From: a virus
Virus record (IMG/VR): IMGVR_UViG_3300046318_000188
Span: 1 to 64,000 of that record
DNA length: 64,000 nucleotides
Direction: 5' to 3' (one strand)
Positions 50,489 through 57,100 of this stretch are shown in pieces; the first letter of the stretch is position 1; every line of letters begins with the position of its first letter. The notes below the pieces were generated by a model, which searched no databases, was not told where the DNA came from, and worked only from the letters and a program-made list of their open reading frames with translations. Both the position numbers and the translations under genes were made by a program.

Positions 50489-50671
50489 ATGAAACCAAGA
50501 AATATATTTGCCGTGTTGGCAAGTAAACGGAAGGCGGGCCCGCACCGCAAAAGCAATAAAGCTTTACGCAAGAAAGAAAAACAATCGGGGTATAATTCAA
50601 CGGCTAGAATATCCGGCTTTTACCCGGACTATCAGAGTTCGAATCTCTGTGCCTCGACCAGTTTATCTTAA
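50489..50671 (+). CDS. Basic small protein whose ORF runs through tRNA-Lys (ArfA-like candidate)
   Basis: Strong RBS AAGGAG; 32 K/R-rich codons precede the tRNA with no stop. Confidence 0.6.
   Translation: MKPRNIFAVLASKRKAGPHRKSNKALRKKEKQSGYNSTARISGFYPDYQSSNLCASTSLS
50586..50660 (+). tRNA. tRNA-Lys(TTT)
   Basis: TCCGG-CT-TTT-AC-CCGGA, CCA. Confidence 0.88.
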
Positions 50672-50763
50672 AACATACTAACGCCAAAAACTGGCGGTCT
50701 AGCGTCAACTAGGCGAAACTGTATTTGACGATGCAGAGGATTAGTATGTTTCAAAATAAATTG
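50659..50763 (+). ncRNA. Long-stem RNA cassette 5 (three internal hairpins)
   Basis: CAGTTTATCTTAAAACATACTAA / TTAGTATGTTTCAAAATAAATTG. Confidence 0.6.
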
Positions 50764-50766
50764 TAA

Positions 50767-50841
50767 GCTCTCAAAACATAAATGGTGATGTGCTGGTTTT
50801 GTAATCCAGATAACTTGGTTCGATTCCGAGTGAGAGCACCA
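50767..50841 (+). tRNA. tRNA-Thr(TGT)
   Basis: Cloverleaf, CCA. Confidence 0.85.
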
Positions 50842-50846
50842 AATTT

Positions 50847-50918
50847 GGGCTGTGTGCAGGGGCACAAGGATGCTTTGCAAGCAACCTCTGGTCGGTTCGA
50901 TACCGACACGGTCCACCA
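50847..50918 (+). tRNA. tRNA-Ala(TGC), reduced D-arm
   Basis: G3.U70, anticodon TGC, CCA; 72 nt. Confidence 0.8.
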
Positions 50919-50923
50919 AACAT

Positions 50924-50998
50924 GGTAGTGTAGCATAATGGTCGTGCGCCTCCTTCATACGGAGAAAAGTATAAGTTCGAATCTTATCACTACCACCA
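50924..50998 (+). tRNA. tRNA-Met(CAT), probably elongator
   Basis: CTCC-TT-CAT-AC-GGAG, CCA. Confidence 0.8.
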
Positions 50999-51095
50999 GT
51001 TTGTTAAGTTAAGTGCAGTAACATGGGTTGAGTGATCCTCTCAGCCGATTAACAACGGAGTTGGCCGTACCGTCTGCATACGAGCCCCAAATTAT

Positions 51096-51172
51096 GGGTC
51101 ATTAACATCAAATGGAAGATGCCTGTCTTACGAAGTCAGAAGTTGGGAGTTCGAATCTCTCATGACCCTCCA
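51096..51172 (+). tRNA. tRNA-Arg(ACG)
   Basis: CTGTC-TT-ACG-AA-GTCAG, CCA. Confidence 0.8.
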
Positions 51173-51179
51173 GTTTTAC

Positions 51180-51253
51180 ACCTAGGTAGCTCAATGGTAG
51201 AGCAATCGGCTGATAACCGATAGACAGAAGTTCAATTCTTCTTCTAGGTACCA
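51180..51253 (+). tRNA. tRNA-Ile(GAT)
   Basis: ATCGG-CT-GAT-AA-CCGAT, CCA. Confidence 0.9.
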
Positions 51254-51371
51254 GAGCAGACCCACAGGATCCGCAAGGCTGTCAAACTCTTAACCTGTTA
51301 AAATAAACAAGAGTGAGTTCCGCCAGTAACTTTCACAAGGAGATGAGTTGAATAAACTCACTGGCAACTAT

Positions 51372-51446
51372 TTCTCGGTGGTGTTAACGGTAGCACACTG
51401 GTCTCCAAAACCATAAGTTGCGGTTCGAATCCGTACCGGGAAGCCA
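51372..51446 (+). tRNA. tRNA-Trp(CCA)
   Basis: TGGT-CT-CCA-AA-ACCA, G73, CCA. Confidence 0.88.
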
Positions 51447-51466
51447 TAATAATAAAAGGAGTTAGC

Positions 51467-51943
51467 ATGAAAAAGTTAGATATAGTAGAAGTCAAAAGAT
51501 TCATTGAAGCACAATCTGAAGATACTAAAATCTATCTTGGTGCTGACTCTGAAAGATTTGAAATCAAAGGTGAATGGTATGCTGACTACACATTAGCAGT
51601 AGTTGTTCATATTGATGGATGTCATGGTTGTAAAATCTTTGGTGAAGTTATTCGTGAAAGAGATTATGACCAAAAGAAAAATAAACCTGCTTTAAGATTG
51701 ATGAATGAAGTTTACAAAGTTTCAGATTTATTTCAATCTCTTGCGGATGTATTAGAAGATAGGTACGTTGAGGTACATTTAGATATTAACCCAAATGAAT
51801 TATATGGTTCATCTTGTGTAGTTCAACAAGCGATTGGTTATATCAAAGGTACTTGTAATGTTATACCTATGGTTAAACCAAAAGCTTTTGCTGCTTCATA
51901 TGCGGCAGATAGATTAAAGTTTGTTTTAGCTGAAGCAGCTTAA
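51467..51943 (+). CDS. RNase H-like YkuK (DUF458) family protein
   Basis: KIYLGADS...RLMNEV...EVHLDIN..GSS...KP.AFAASYAAD. Confidence 0.8.
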   Translation: MKKLDIVEVKRFIEAQSEDTKIYLGADSERFEIKGEWYADYTLAVVVHIDGCHGCKIFGEVIRERDYDQKKNKPALRLMNEVYKVSDLFQSLADVLEDRYVEVHLDINPNELYGSSCVVQQAIGYIKGTCNVIPMVKPKAFAASYAADRLKFVLAEAA

Positions 51944-51947
51944 CTAT

Positions 51948-52021
51948 GTGGCTCCTAGTGTAATGGTTGCACACTTGTCTGTGAAACAAGTAGAGAGGGT
52001 TCGATTCCCCGGTTCCACCCA
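51948..52021 (+). tRNA. tRNA-His(GTG), irregular stems
   Basis: G-1:C73, CTTGT-CT-GTG-AA-ACAAG, CCA; two acceptor mismatches. Confidence 0.75.
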
Positions 52022-52030
52022 AAGGATATT

Positions 52031-52249
52031 ATGTATAGAGTAAAATGGATTAAAGATGTTTATGATAATGATGTAAAAGAATTTCATACTTTAGATGAAG
52101 CAATGAATTATGCAAAACAATTAGATATAACTGTTGAGATTAAAACTCCAGATTATACTGTTGTTGGTAAATTTGGAGTTGATTCAGTAGAAAATCTAAT
52201 TCTGCCGAATGGTGCAGAGTATGGATATGTAAAACGTAGATACAAGTAA
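52031..52249 (+). CDS. Hypothetical protein
   Basis: RBS AAGGA; VVGKFGVDSV. Confidence 0.6.
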   Translation: MYRVKWIKDVYDNDVKEFHTLDEAMNYAKQLDITVEIKTPDYTVVGKFGVDSVENLILPNGAEYGYVKRRYK

Positions 52250-52252
52250 TAT

Positions 52253-52326
52253 GCCTCGGTAGTTTAATAGTAGAACACCGCTCTTACAAAGCGAAGACGG
52301 CGGAGCGTTACCGCAACGAGGTACCA
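52253..52326 (+). tRNA. tRNA-Val(TAC), non-canonical T-loop
   Basis: CGCT-CT-TAC-AA-AGCG; T-loop AGCGTTA; CCA. Confidence 0.75.
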
Positions 52327-52328
52327 AT

Positions 52329-52404
52329 GCAACTTTAGCTGATGTGGTCATAGCGGTGGTCTGAAGAGCCATTGAACCAAGTTCGATCCTTGGAGGTTGC
52401 ACCA
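52329..52404 (+). tRNA. tRNA-Phe(GAA)
   Basis: Cloverleaf, CCA. Confidence 0.9.
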
Positions 52405-52409
52405 GTTTT

Positions 52410-52483
52410 GCTCTTATAGTATAATGGCATTACACATCCTTGGTAAGGATGAAACACAAGTTCAATTCTTGTTAAGAGCACCA
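52410..52483 (+). tRNA. tRNA-Thr(GGT)
   Basis: CATCC-TT-GGT-AA-GGATG, CCA. Confidence 0.9.
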
Positions 52484-52485
52484 AT

Positions 52486-52562
52486 GCCCTTGTAGCGCAA
52501 TTGGTAGAGGCAATGGTCTTAGAAGCCATCAAGTGTCAGTTCGAATCTGACCAAGGGTACCA
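52486..52562 (+). tRNA. tRNA-Leu(TAG), short variable loop
   Basis: ATGGT-CT-TAG-AA-GCCAT, CCA. Confidence 0.87.
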
Positions 52563-52563
52563 A

Positions 52564-52640
52564 GCGGTTGTGATGGAAATGGTATACGTACCGGACTTAA
52601 AATTCGGGTTTTGTGGGTTCAAGTCCCACCTTCCGCACCA
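52564..52640 (+). tRNA. tRNA-Leu(TAA), short variable loop
   Basis: CCGGA-CT-TAA-AA-TTCGG, CCA. Confidence 0.87.
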
Positions 52641-52642
52641 AA

Positions 52643-52698
52643 TAACTTTACAATGATGTTGCTTTAACTTTACAATAGTGTTATAATAACTTTACAAT
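52643..52698 (+). repeat. Three TAACTTTACAAT direct repeats, 22-bp period, overlapping a promoter
   Basis: Copies at 52643, 52665, 52687; TTGCTT-17-TATAAT (52659-52687) with TG extension. Confidence 0.85.
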
Positions 52699-52701
52699 AA
52701 A

Positions 52702-52776
52702 CTGGCTATAGTATAATGGAGAATACAGAAGGCTTCTACCCTTTTAATGTGGGTTCGATTCCTGCTAGCCAGACCA
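52702..52776 (+). tRNA. tRNA-Arg(TCT)
   Basis: GAAGG-CT-TCT-AC-CCTTT, CCA. Confidence 0.88.
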
Positions 52777-52781
52777 AATTT

Positions 52782-52856
52782 GGGCCGTTAGCATATCGGT
52801 AGATGCCGGCGACTCATAATCGTCAGAAGAAAGTTCGACTCTTTCACGGCCCACCA
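52782..52856 (+). tRNA. tRNA(CAT), probably Ile2 (lysidine)
   Basis: GGCGACTCATAATCG anticodon arm resembles bacterial tRNA-Ile2. Confidence 0.75.
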
Positions 52857-52873
52857 AGTTTACCATAATGTTG

Positions 52874-52902
52874 TTGACAAAGTTGTATAAGTATAGTATA
52901 GT
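52874..52902 (+). promoter_or_regulatory. Sigma70-type promoter before tRNA-Gly cluster
   Basis: TTGACA-17-TATAGT. Confidence 0.75.
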
Positions 52903-52921
52903 TACTACTTGAACGAAATAT

Positions 52922-52988
52922 GCGGTGTGTGATAGCACGATTCGAGATACCCTCTTGAATTATCTGAGCAAAGCAGACCACCGCTCCA
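52922..52988 (+). ncRNA. Miniature tRNA-Gly-like RNA (anticodon ACC), 67 nt
   Basis: GCGGTG/CACCGC-T-CCA acceptor, tiny D-arm, 7-bp anticodon stem, 4-bp T-stem. Confidence 0.7.
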
Positions 52989-52995
52989 AATTTAT

Positions 52996-53069
52996 GCGGG
53001 TATGATGTAAAGGTAACCTGAGTCCTTGCCAAGGACTATTTGAGAGTTCGATTCTCTCTGCCCGCTCCA
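52996..53069 (+). tRNA. tRNA-Gly(GCC)
   Basis: AGTCC-TT-GCC-AA-GGACT, U73, CCA. Confidence 0.9.
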
Positions 53070-53084
53070 CTAAAAGGAATTGTT

Positions 53085-53288
53085 ATGGCTGCTGTAAAAT
53101 CTAAAAAGAAGAATCCAATGTTAACCAAGAATGGTAAACAGCGATTAGGTCCTTTGAACATTGAACAATTGTCTAAAATGTTAGATGGTGCTCGCAAGAA
53201 ACATATTCCTAAAATCAAGAAAGCCATTGCAAAGCGATTACAAACGCAACAGTTTGGCAAAGATGCAGAGCCAGTAGTTTCAGAATAA
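53085..53288 (+). CDS. Small basic hypothetical protein
   Basis: RBS AAGGA before ATG 53085. Confidence 0.6.
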   Translation: MAAVKSKKKNPMLTKNGKQRLGPLNIEQLSKMLDGARKKHIPKIKKAIAKRLQTQQFGKDAEPVVSE

Positions 53289-53294
53289 AAATTT

Positions 53295-53368
53295 GCGGGA
53301 TTAGTTTAATGGTAAAACTAGAGGTTTCCAACCTTTCGTTGTCAGTTCGATTCTGTCATCCCGCTCCA
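53295..53368 (+). tRNA. tRNA-Gly(TCC) copy 1
   Basis: Cloverleaf, U73, CCA. Confidence 0.88.
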
Positions 53369-53374
53369 GTTTGT

Positions 53375-53450
53375 TGGCATATAGCTCAGTTGGTAGAGCA
53401 CCGGACTGTTAATCCGTAGGTCCTTGGTTCGAGCCCAAGTTTGCCAGCCA
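53375..53450 (+). tRNA. tRNA-Asn(GTT) copy 2
   Basis: Canonical cloverleaf, CCA. Confidence 0.92.
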
Positions 53451-53495
53451 TATATAAGTGTTGTAATATGTTTATTTTATTAAGAAGGAATTGAA

Positions 53496-54272
53496 ATGAA
53501 AAAATCACTATTAGCAGTAATGTTGGTTGCATCAGGTGTAGTGTCAGCTGCAGAAGTATTTGATGGTAATCTTACAGGCAATATGACTTTAGCAAGTAAC
53601 TACGAATTTCGTGGTATTAGTTTAAGTCAAAATGGTCCTGCAATTCAAGGTGGTATCGACTACGCACATAGTTCAGGTATTTACATCGGTAACTGGAATT
53701 CCAGTATGCGTGGTGTTCCAAACATGAACAATGATGACATCGATAGTAATAGTGGTACACAATCAAATCTATATGCTGGTTGGCGTAAAGATGTTTACAA
53801 AGGCATTATTGTTGACTTAGGTACTATTAGTTACCTTTATCCTACCGCAACAGCCGGTGGTTCAAAAACAAATTACAGCACAAACGAAGTATATGCCGGT
53901 TTAGGTTATGGTCCTGTTTCTGTCAAGTTCAGCCAAACAACCTCAAATTACTTTGGTGTTAACAACAGTTCTGGCACACAATACTACCAAGCTGACATCA
54001 AACAAAGTTTAGGTGCTCTTGCATCACAACTCAAACCATTAAGTGTTGTTGCACATTATGGTCATACATCAATGGCTGGTAACGGCAACAGTAATTTGAA
54101 TTACAATGACATGAACATTGGTTTAGTATATTCATTCCCAGAGCAATGGGACTTAGGTGTTCGTTACTACACCAATTCATCTATGACAAGCACATTCCAA
54201 CAATATAATAGTTGGAATGGTACCAAGTTTTATGGTGATTCTGTTGTAGCAACATTGACAAAAACGTTTTAA
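53496..54272 (+). CDS. TorF / TIGR02001 (Gcw_chp) putative outer-membrane porin
   Basis: Signal peptide; SNYEFRGISLSQNGPAIQGGIDY; terminal Phe. Confidence 0.85.
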   Translation: MKKSLLAVMLVASGVVSAAEVFDGNLTGNMTLASNYEFRGISLSQNGPAIQGGIDYAHSSGIYIGNWNSSMRGVPNMNNDDIDSNSGTQSNLYAGWRKDVYKGIIVDLGTISYLYPTATAGGSKTNYSTNEVYAGLGYGPVSVKFSQTTSNYFGVNNSSGTQYYQADIKQSLGALASQLKPLSVVAHYGHTSMAGNGNSNLNYNDMNIGLVYSFPEQWDLGVRYYTNSSMTSTFQQYNSWNGTKFYGDSVVATLTKTF

Positions 54273-54299
54273 GTATTAAACTGCTGGAGAAATCTCAGC

Positions 54300-54508
54300 A
54301 ATCATCATTGAGAATGTGAGCGTAAGAGTAAGCAATCCCAACTGTTAGGGAAATCACTATCCTTGAGGTATCCATCCGAGATCCGGAGATGACTGCTGGC
54401 TGAAGCAGTATGAAAGGTGTAATCAGGGAGAGGTCAGTACATAGGACGGGTTAAAGACCGCACCGGTGAGAACCTCTTAAACACAAAACAGTATTCTCAA
54501 TAATGATT
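54300..54508 (+). ncRNA. ~200-nt structured RNA candidate
   Basis: ATCATCATTGAGAATG / TATTCTCAATAATGAT closing stem; GC-richer interior hairpins. Confidence 0.5.
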
Positions 54509-55543
54509 AAGAAAATTAAAATCGCAATACTTGTACCATCATATAAAGAAGAAAAGGTAATTGATAAAACAATAGTTTCATTATTAAAAGCAGGATTCTT
54601 AAAAGAAGATATCTACATTGTTGATGATTGTTCTAAGGATGAAACGAGCAATATTGCTTTGAGTTATAATGTTAATGTTTTAACGCTTACAAAAAATTCA
54701 GGCAAAGCTGGAGCAACAAAATCTGGATTTGACCATTTCAATCTTATCAAAAGATATGATTGGGTTACGCTTGTTGACGGCGATTCAATTTTATCCAAAG
54801 ATTTCATTTCTGTATTAAAAACAGCAATTAAAAAAGATTCGAGTCCAGGTTTGTATGTTGGCCAAGTAGTCAGCATTAAAAACAATTCTATCTTTTCAAC
54901 TTATCGAGCATATGAATACACATATGGCCACGAAATTGTTAAGAAGGGACAAGATAACTTTGGCACAATCTTTGTAAGTCCTGGTTGTTGTAGTGTATAT
55001 CGTACCAATGTTTTAAAACAATTAGATATTTCAAGTGATACATTGGCTGAGGATATGGATTTAACCATACAGACACACCGATTAGGTTATCGTGTTCGAT
55101 ATTTACATGACCTTATTGCTTATACACAAGACCCAAATAATCTCAAAGATTTCTATAAACAGATTACTCGTTGGTACAGAGGATTCTGGCAGATTATGAA
55201 GAAGCATAAAGTGCTTTCTTTAACACAATGGAGTAAAGTAGATATATACTTAAAAATTATAACGATTGATGCAGTCATTTTTAATAGAATTTTCATGACT
55301 GTATTCGTTTTAGCGTTATTTGATTTAAAAGTATTGTTAATAGGCATGAGTATGGATTACTTACTCCTAGCAGCAATATCAATATACGCAGCAATTTTAG
55401 CCAAAAACTGGCGTATATTTTTTTATAGTCCAATATTTTATTTTATTGGATTGATGAATTCAACAGCATATTTGAAAGCATTTGTTGAGGTATTCATATT
55501 TGGTAAAATTGTATTAAGTTGGAATAAAGTTAAAAGATATTAA
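54503..55543 (+). CDS. Membrane GT2 glycosyltransferase (PgaC/cellulose-synthase-like)
   Basis: VDDCS, DGD, LAED, QITRW motifs plus C-terminal TM helices. Confidence 0.88.
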   Translation: MIKKIKIAILVPSYKEEKVIDKTIVSLLKAGFLKEDIYIVDDCSKDETSNIALSYNVNVLTLTKNSGKAGATKSGFDHFNLIKRYDWVTLVDGDSILSKDFISVLKTAIKKDSSPGLYVGQVVSIKNNSIFSTYRAYEYTYGHEIVKKGQDNFGTIFVSPGCCSVYRTNVLKQLDISSDTLAEDMDLTIQTHRLGYRVRYLHDLIAYTQDPNNLKDFYKQITRWYRGFWQIMKKHKVLSLTQWSKVDIYLKIITIDAVIFNRIFMTVFVLALFDLKVLLIGMSMDYLLLAAISIYAAILAKNWRIFFYSPIFYFIGLMNSTAYLKAFVEVFIFGKIVLSWNKVKRY

Positions 55544-55551
55544 CCAGTAAG

Positions 55552-55559
55552 TATAAATA
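55552..55559 (+). promoter_or_regulatory. T4-type late promoter
   Basis: TATAAATA. Confidence 0.5.
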
Positions 55560-55593
55560 CTTATATAACGTGTAAATTAATTATAGGAATAGT

Positions 55594-56130
55594 ATGAAAA
55601 AGATTATTTTAGCAGCATTAATAGGATTCGTAACAACGGCATACGCTGCGGATGAGATTCCTACAAAGGATTCAAAGTATACTCCTTCACCGGTTACTCA
55701 GGCAGAAGGCATGAATAGTTGGTTTAATGAGGCGAGTGCTGGTAGTGGCCCCATTGCAATGCCAGGATATTCTTGGGGATTTGCAGGAACACCAAGCACT
55801 TTTACAGCAGGAGCACCAAACAATGCTGTTGGATATTCTGCCAAAATTGAACAAGGTGTAGATTGGTTCGCTTTTGATGAAGATAAAAAGTGGAGATTCA
55901 ACACTTTTGTTAATGCTGTTATCAGCAAAGACACCAGTAATTATGCTTATACTTATGGTAACTTGTTTACTCCAGGTGTAGGTGCAAAGATTCGTAATGT
56001 ATATGATAGTGGCCTAATTGAAATTGGTGCACAATATGTAAAACAAAATAACTTAACTACATCATCAGCTAGTGGACAAGGCGTACAAGCCTTTGTTAGC
56101 TATTGGTTCGGTTGGGACTTAAAGAAATAA
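55594..56130 (+). CDS. Exported protein, possible small outer-membrane beta-barrel
   Basis: Signal peptide; alternating aromatic C-term SYWFGWDL. Confidence 0.6.
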   Translation: MKKIILAALIGFVTTAYAADEIPTKDSKYTPSPVTQAEGMNSWFNEASAGSGPIAMPGYSWGFAGTPSTFTAGAPNNAVGYSAKIEQGVDWFAFDEDKKWRFNTFVNAVISKDTSNYAYTYGNLFTPGVGAKIRNVYDSGLIEIGAQYVKQNNLTTSSASGQGVQAFVSYWFGWDLKK

Positions 56131-56143
56131 TAGGAAAAATAAT

Positions 56144-56329
56144 ATGTCAGGTCCAGTCGCAAGCAATTCCTTGTTGTTCAATTTAGGTATGCGTTATCCA
56201 GTAGTTACTGCTGCAATTGCTACAGTTGCAACCGTAGCTACACTTAATGCACCATTAGAAATAGCACAAATTACACCACAACCAGCACCTACGGAGCTTC
56301 CAGTTTTACTTAAAACTATTGCAGGATAA
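56144..56329 (+). CDS. Small hypothetical protein
   Basis: RBS AGGA; hydrophobic core. Confidence 0.45.
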   Translation: MSGPVASNSLLFNLGMRYPVVTAAIATVATVATLNAPLEIAQITPQPAPTELPVLLKTIAG

Positions 56330-56332
56330 TTA

Positions 56333-56692
56333 TTGATTATGTTATTTGATGTGATTGTGAATGTGACTACTGCAATGATTTGTTTTACAGGACAATGTTA
56401 TCCTGTCCTTGTTGGAGATAATACTCCACTAGGTGAATATCAATTAACACCTTATCGTACTCCGATACCGGCTTATGGTGGTACTGTTTTAGCATTTAAA
56501 GAAACAGATAAGGTAGTATATGCTATTCATAGAACAATTGATGTTAAGGGACAAAATAGAGCCGTTAGGATTAAATCTCCTGATGTAAAACAAAGATTAC
56601 ATATCACCAATGGCTGTATTAATGTTGAACCTGAAGTATATCAAAAATTAATGAATTGTTGTTCTAAAAGTAAAGTGCAACTGATTAAATAA
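56333..56692 (+). CDS. L,D-transpeptidase (YkuD)-like protein
   Basis: TPLGEY...AIHRT...ITNGCINV catalytic-type motif. Confidence 0.7.
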   Translation: MIMLFDVIVNVTTAMICFTGQCYPVLVGDNTPLGEYQLTPYRTPIPAYGGTVLAFKETDKVVYAIHRTIDVKGQNRAVRIKSPDVKQRLHITNGCINVEPEVYQKLMNCCSKSKVQLIK

Positions 56693-56696
56693 TATT

Positions 56697-57089
56697 ATGA
56701 AAAATTTGTTGAGTATTCTTTTTATTATTTGTATGCCAGTATACGGCCAAACTTCTGGTATTGTAATTCACAATATTATGAGGTCACAGATTGCTCCAAA
56801 TGCCGGAGCACTATTCAATCTACAAGTTAAAGCTCCAGTAACTGAAGATGATTGGATTCAATTAAATAAAAATGTATCTGCATTACATAACGCAGCACAT
56901 TCTTTAAAAAAACTCAATACAAATACAGAATGGCAACAACGAGTAGATGCAATTGATATATTGTCCGAAATGTCAATCGAACAGGTTAAAGATAGAAATG
57001 TTCGAGGTCTATCGAACACAGGGAATGCACTATATAATTTATGTGAATCTTGTCATTATCAATTCTTTCCTAAAGGTAAGAATCTTTAG
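56697..57089 (+). CDS. Exported cytochrome c'-like protein
   Basis: Signal peptide; helical; C-terminal CESCH haem motif. Confidence 0.65.
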   Translation: MKNLLSILFIICMPVYGQTSGIVIHNIMRSQIAPNAGALFNLQVKAPVTEDDWIQLNKNVSALHNAAHSLKKLNTNTEWQQRVDAIDILSEMSIEQVKDRNVRGLSNTGNALYNLCESCHYQFFPKGKNL

Positions 57090-57100
57090 TATATAACAAT

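Noticed and set aside
51262-51285. SRP (4.5S) RNA helix
   Set aside because: CAGGATCCGCAAGG lacks the following AAGCAG internal loop and the long rod.
52486-52640. Suppressor tRNAs / stop-codon recoding
   Set aside because: TAG and TAA here are anticodons reading Leu codons; core genes are intact under the standard code.
48750-53260. Minus-strand ORFs across the tRNA region
   Set aside because: They are mostly antisense translations of tRNA genes.
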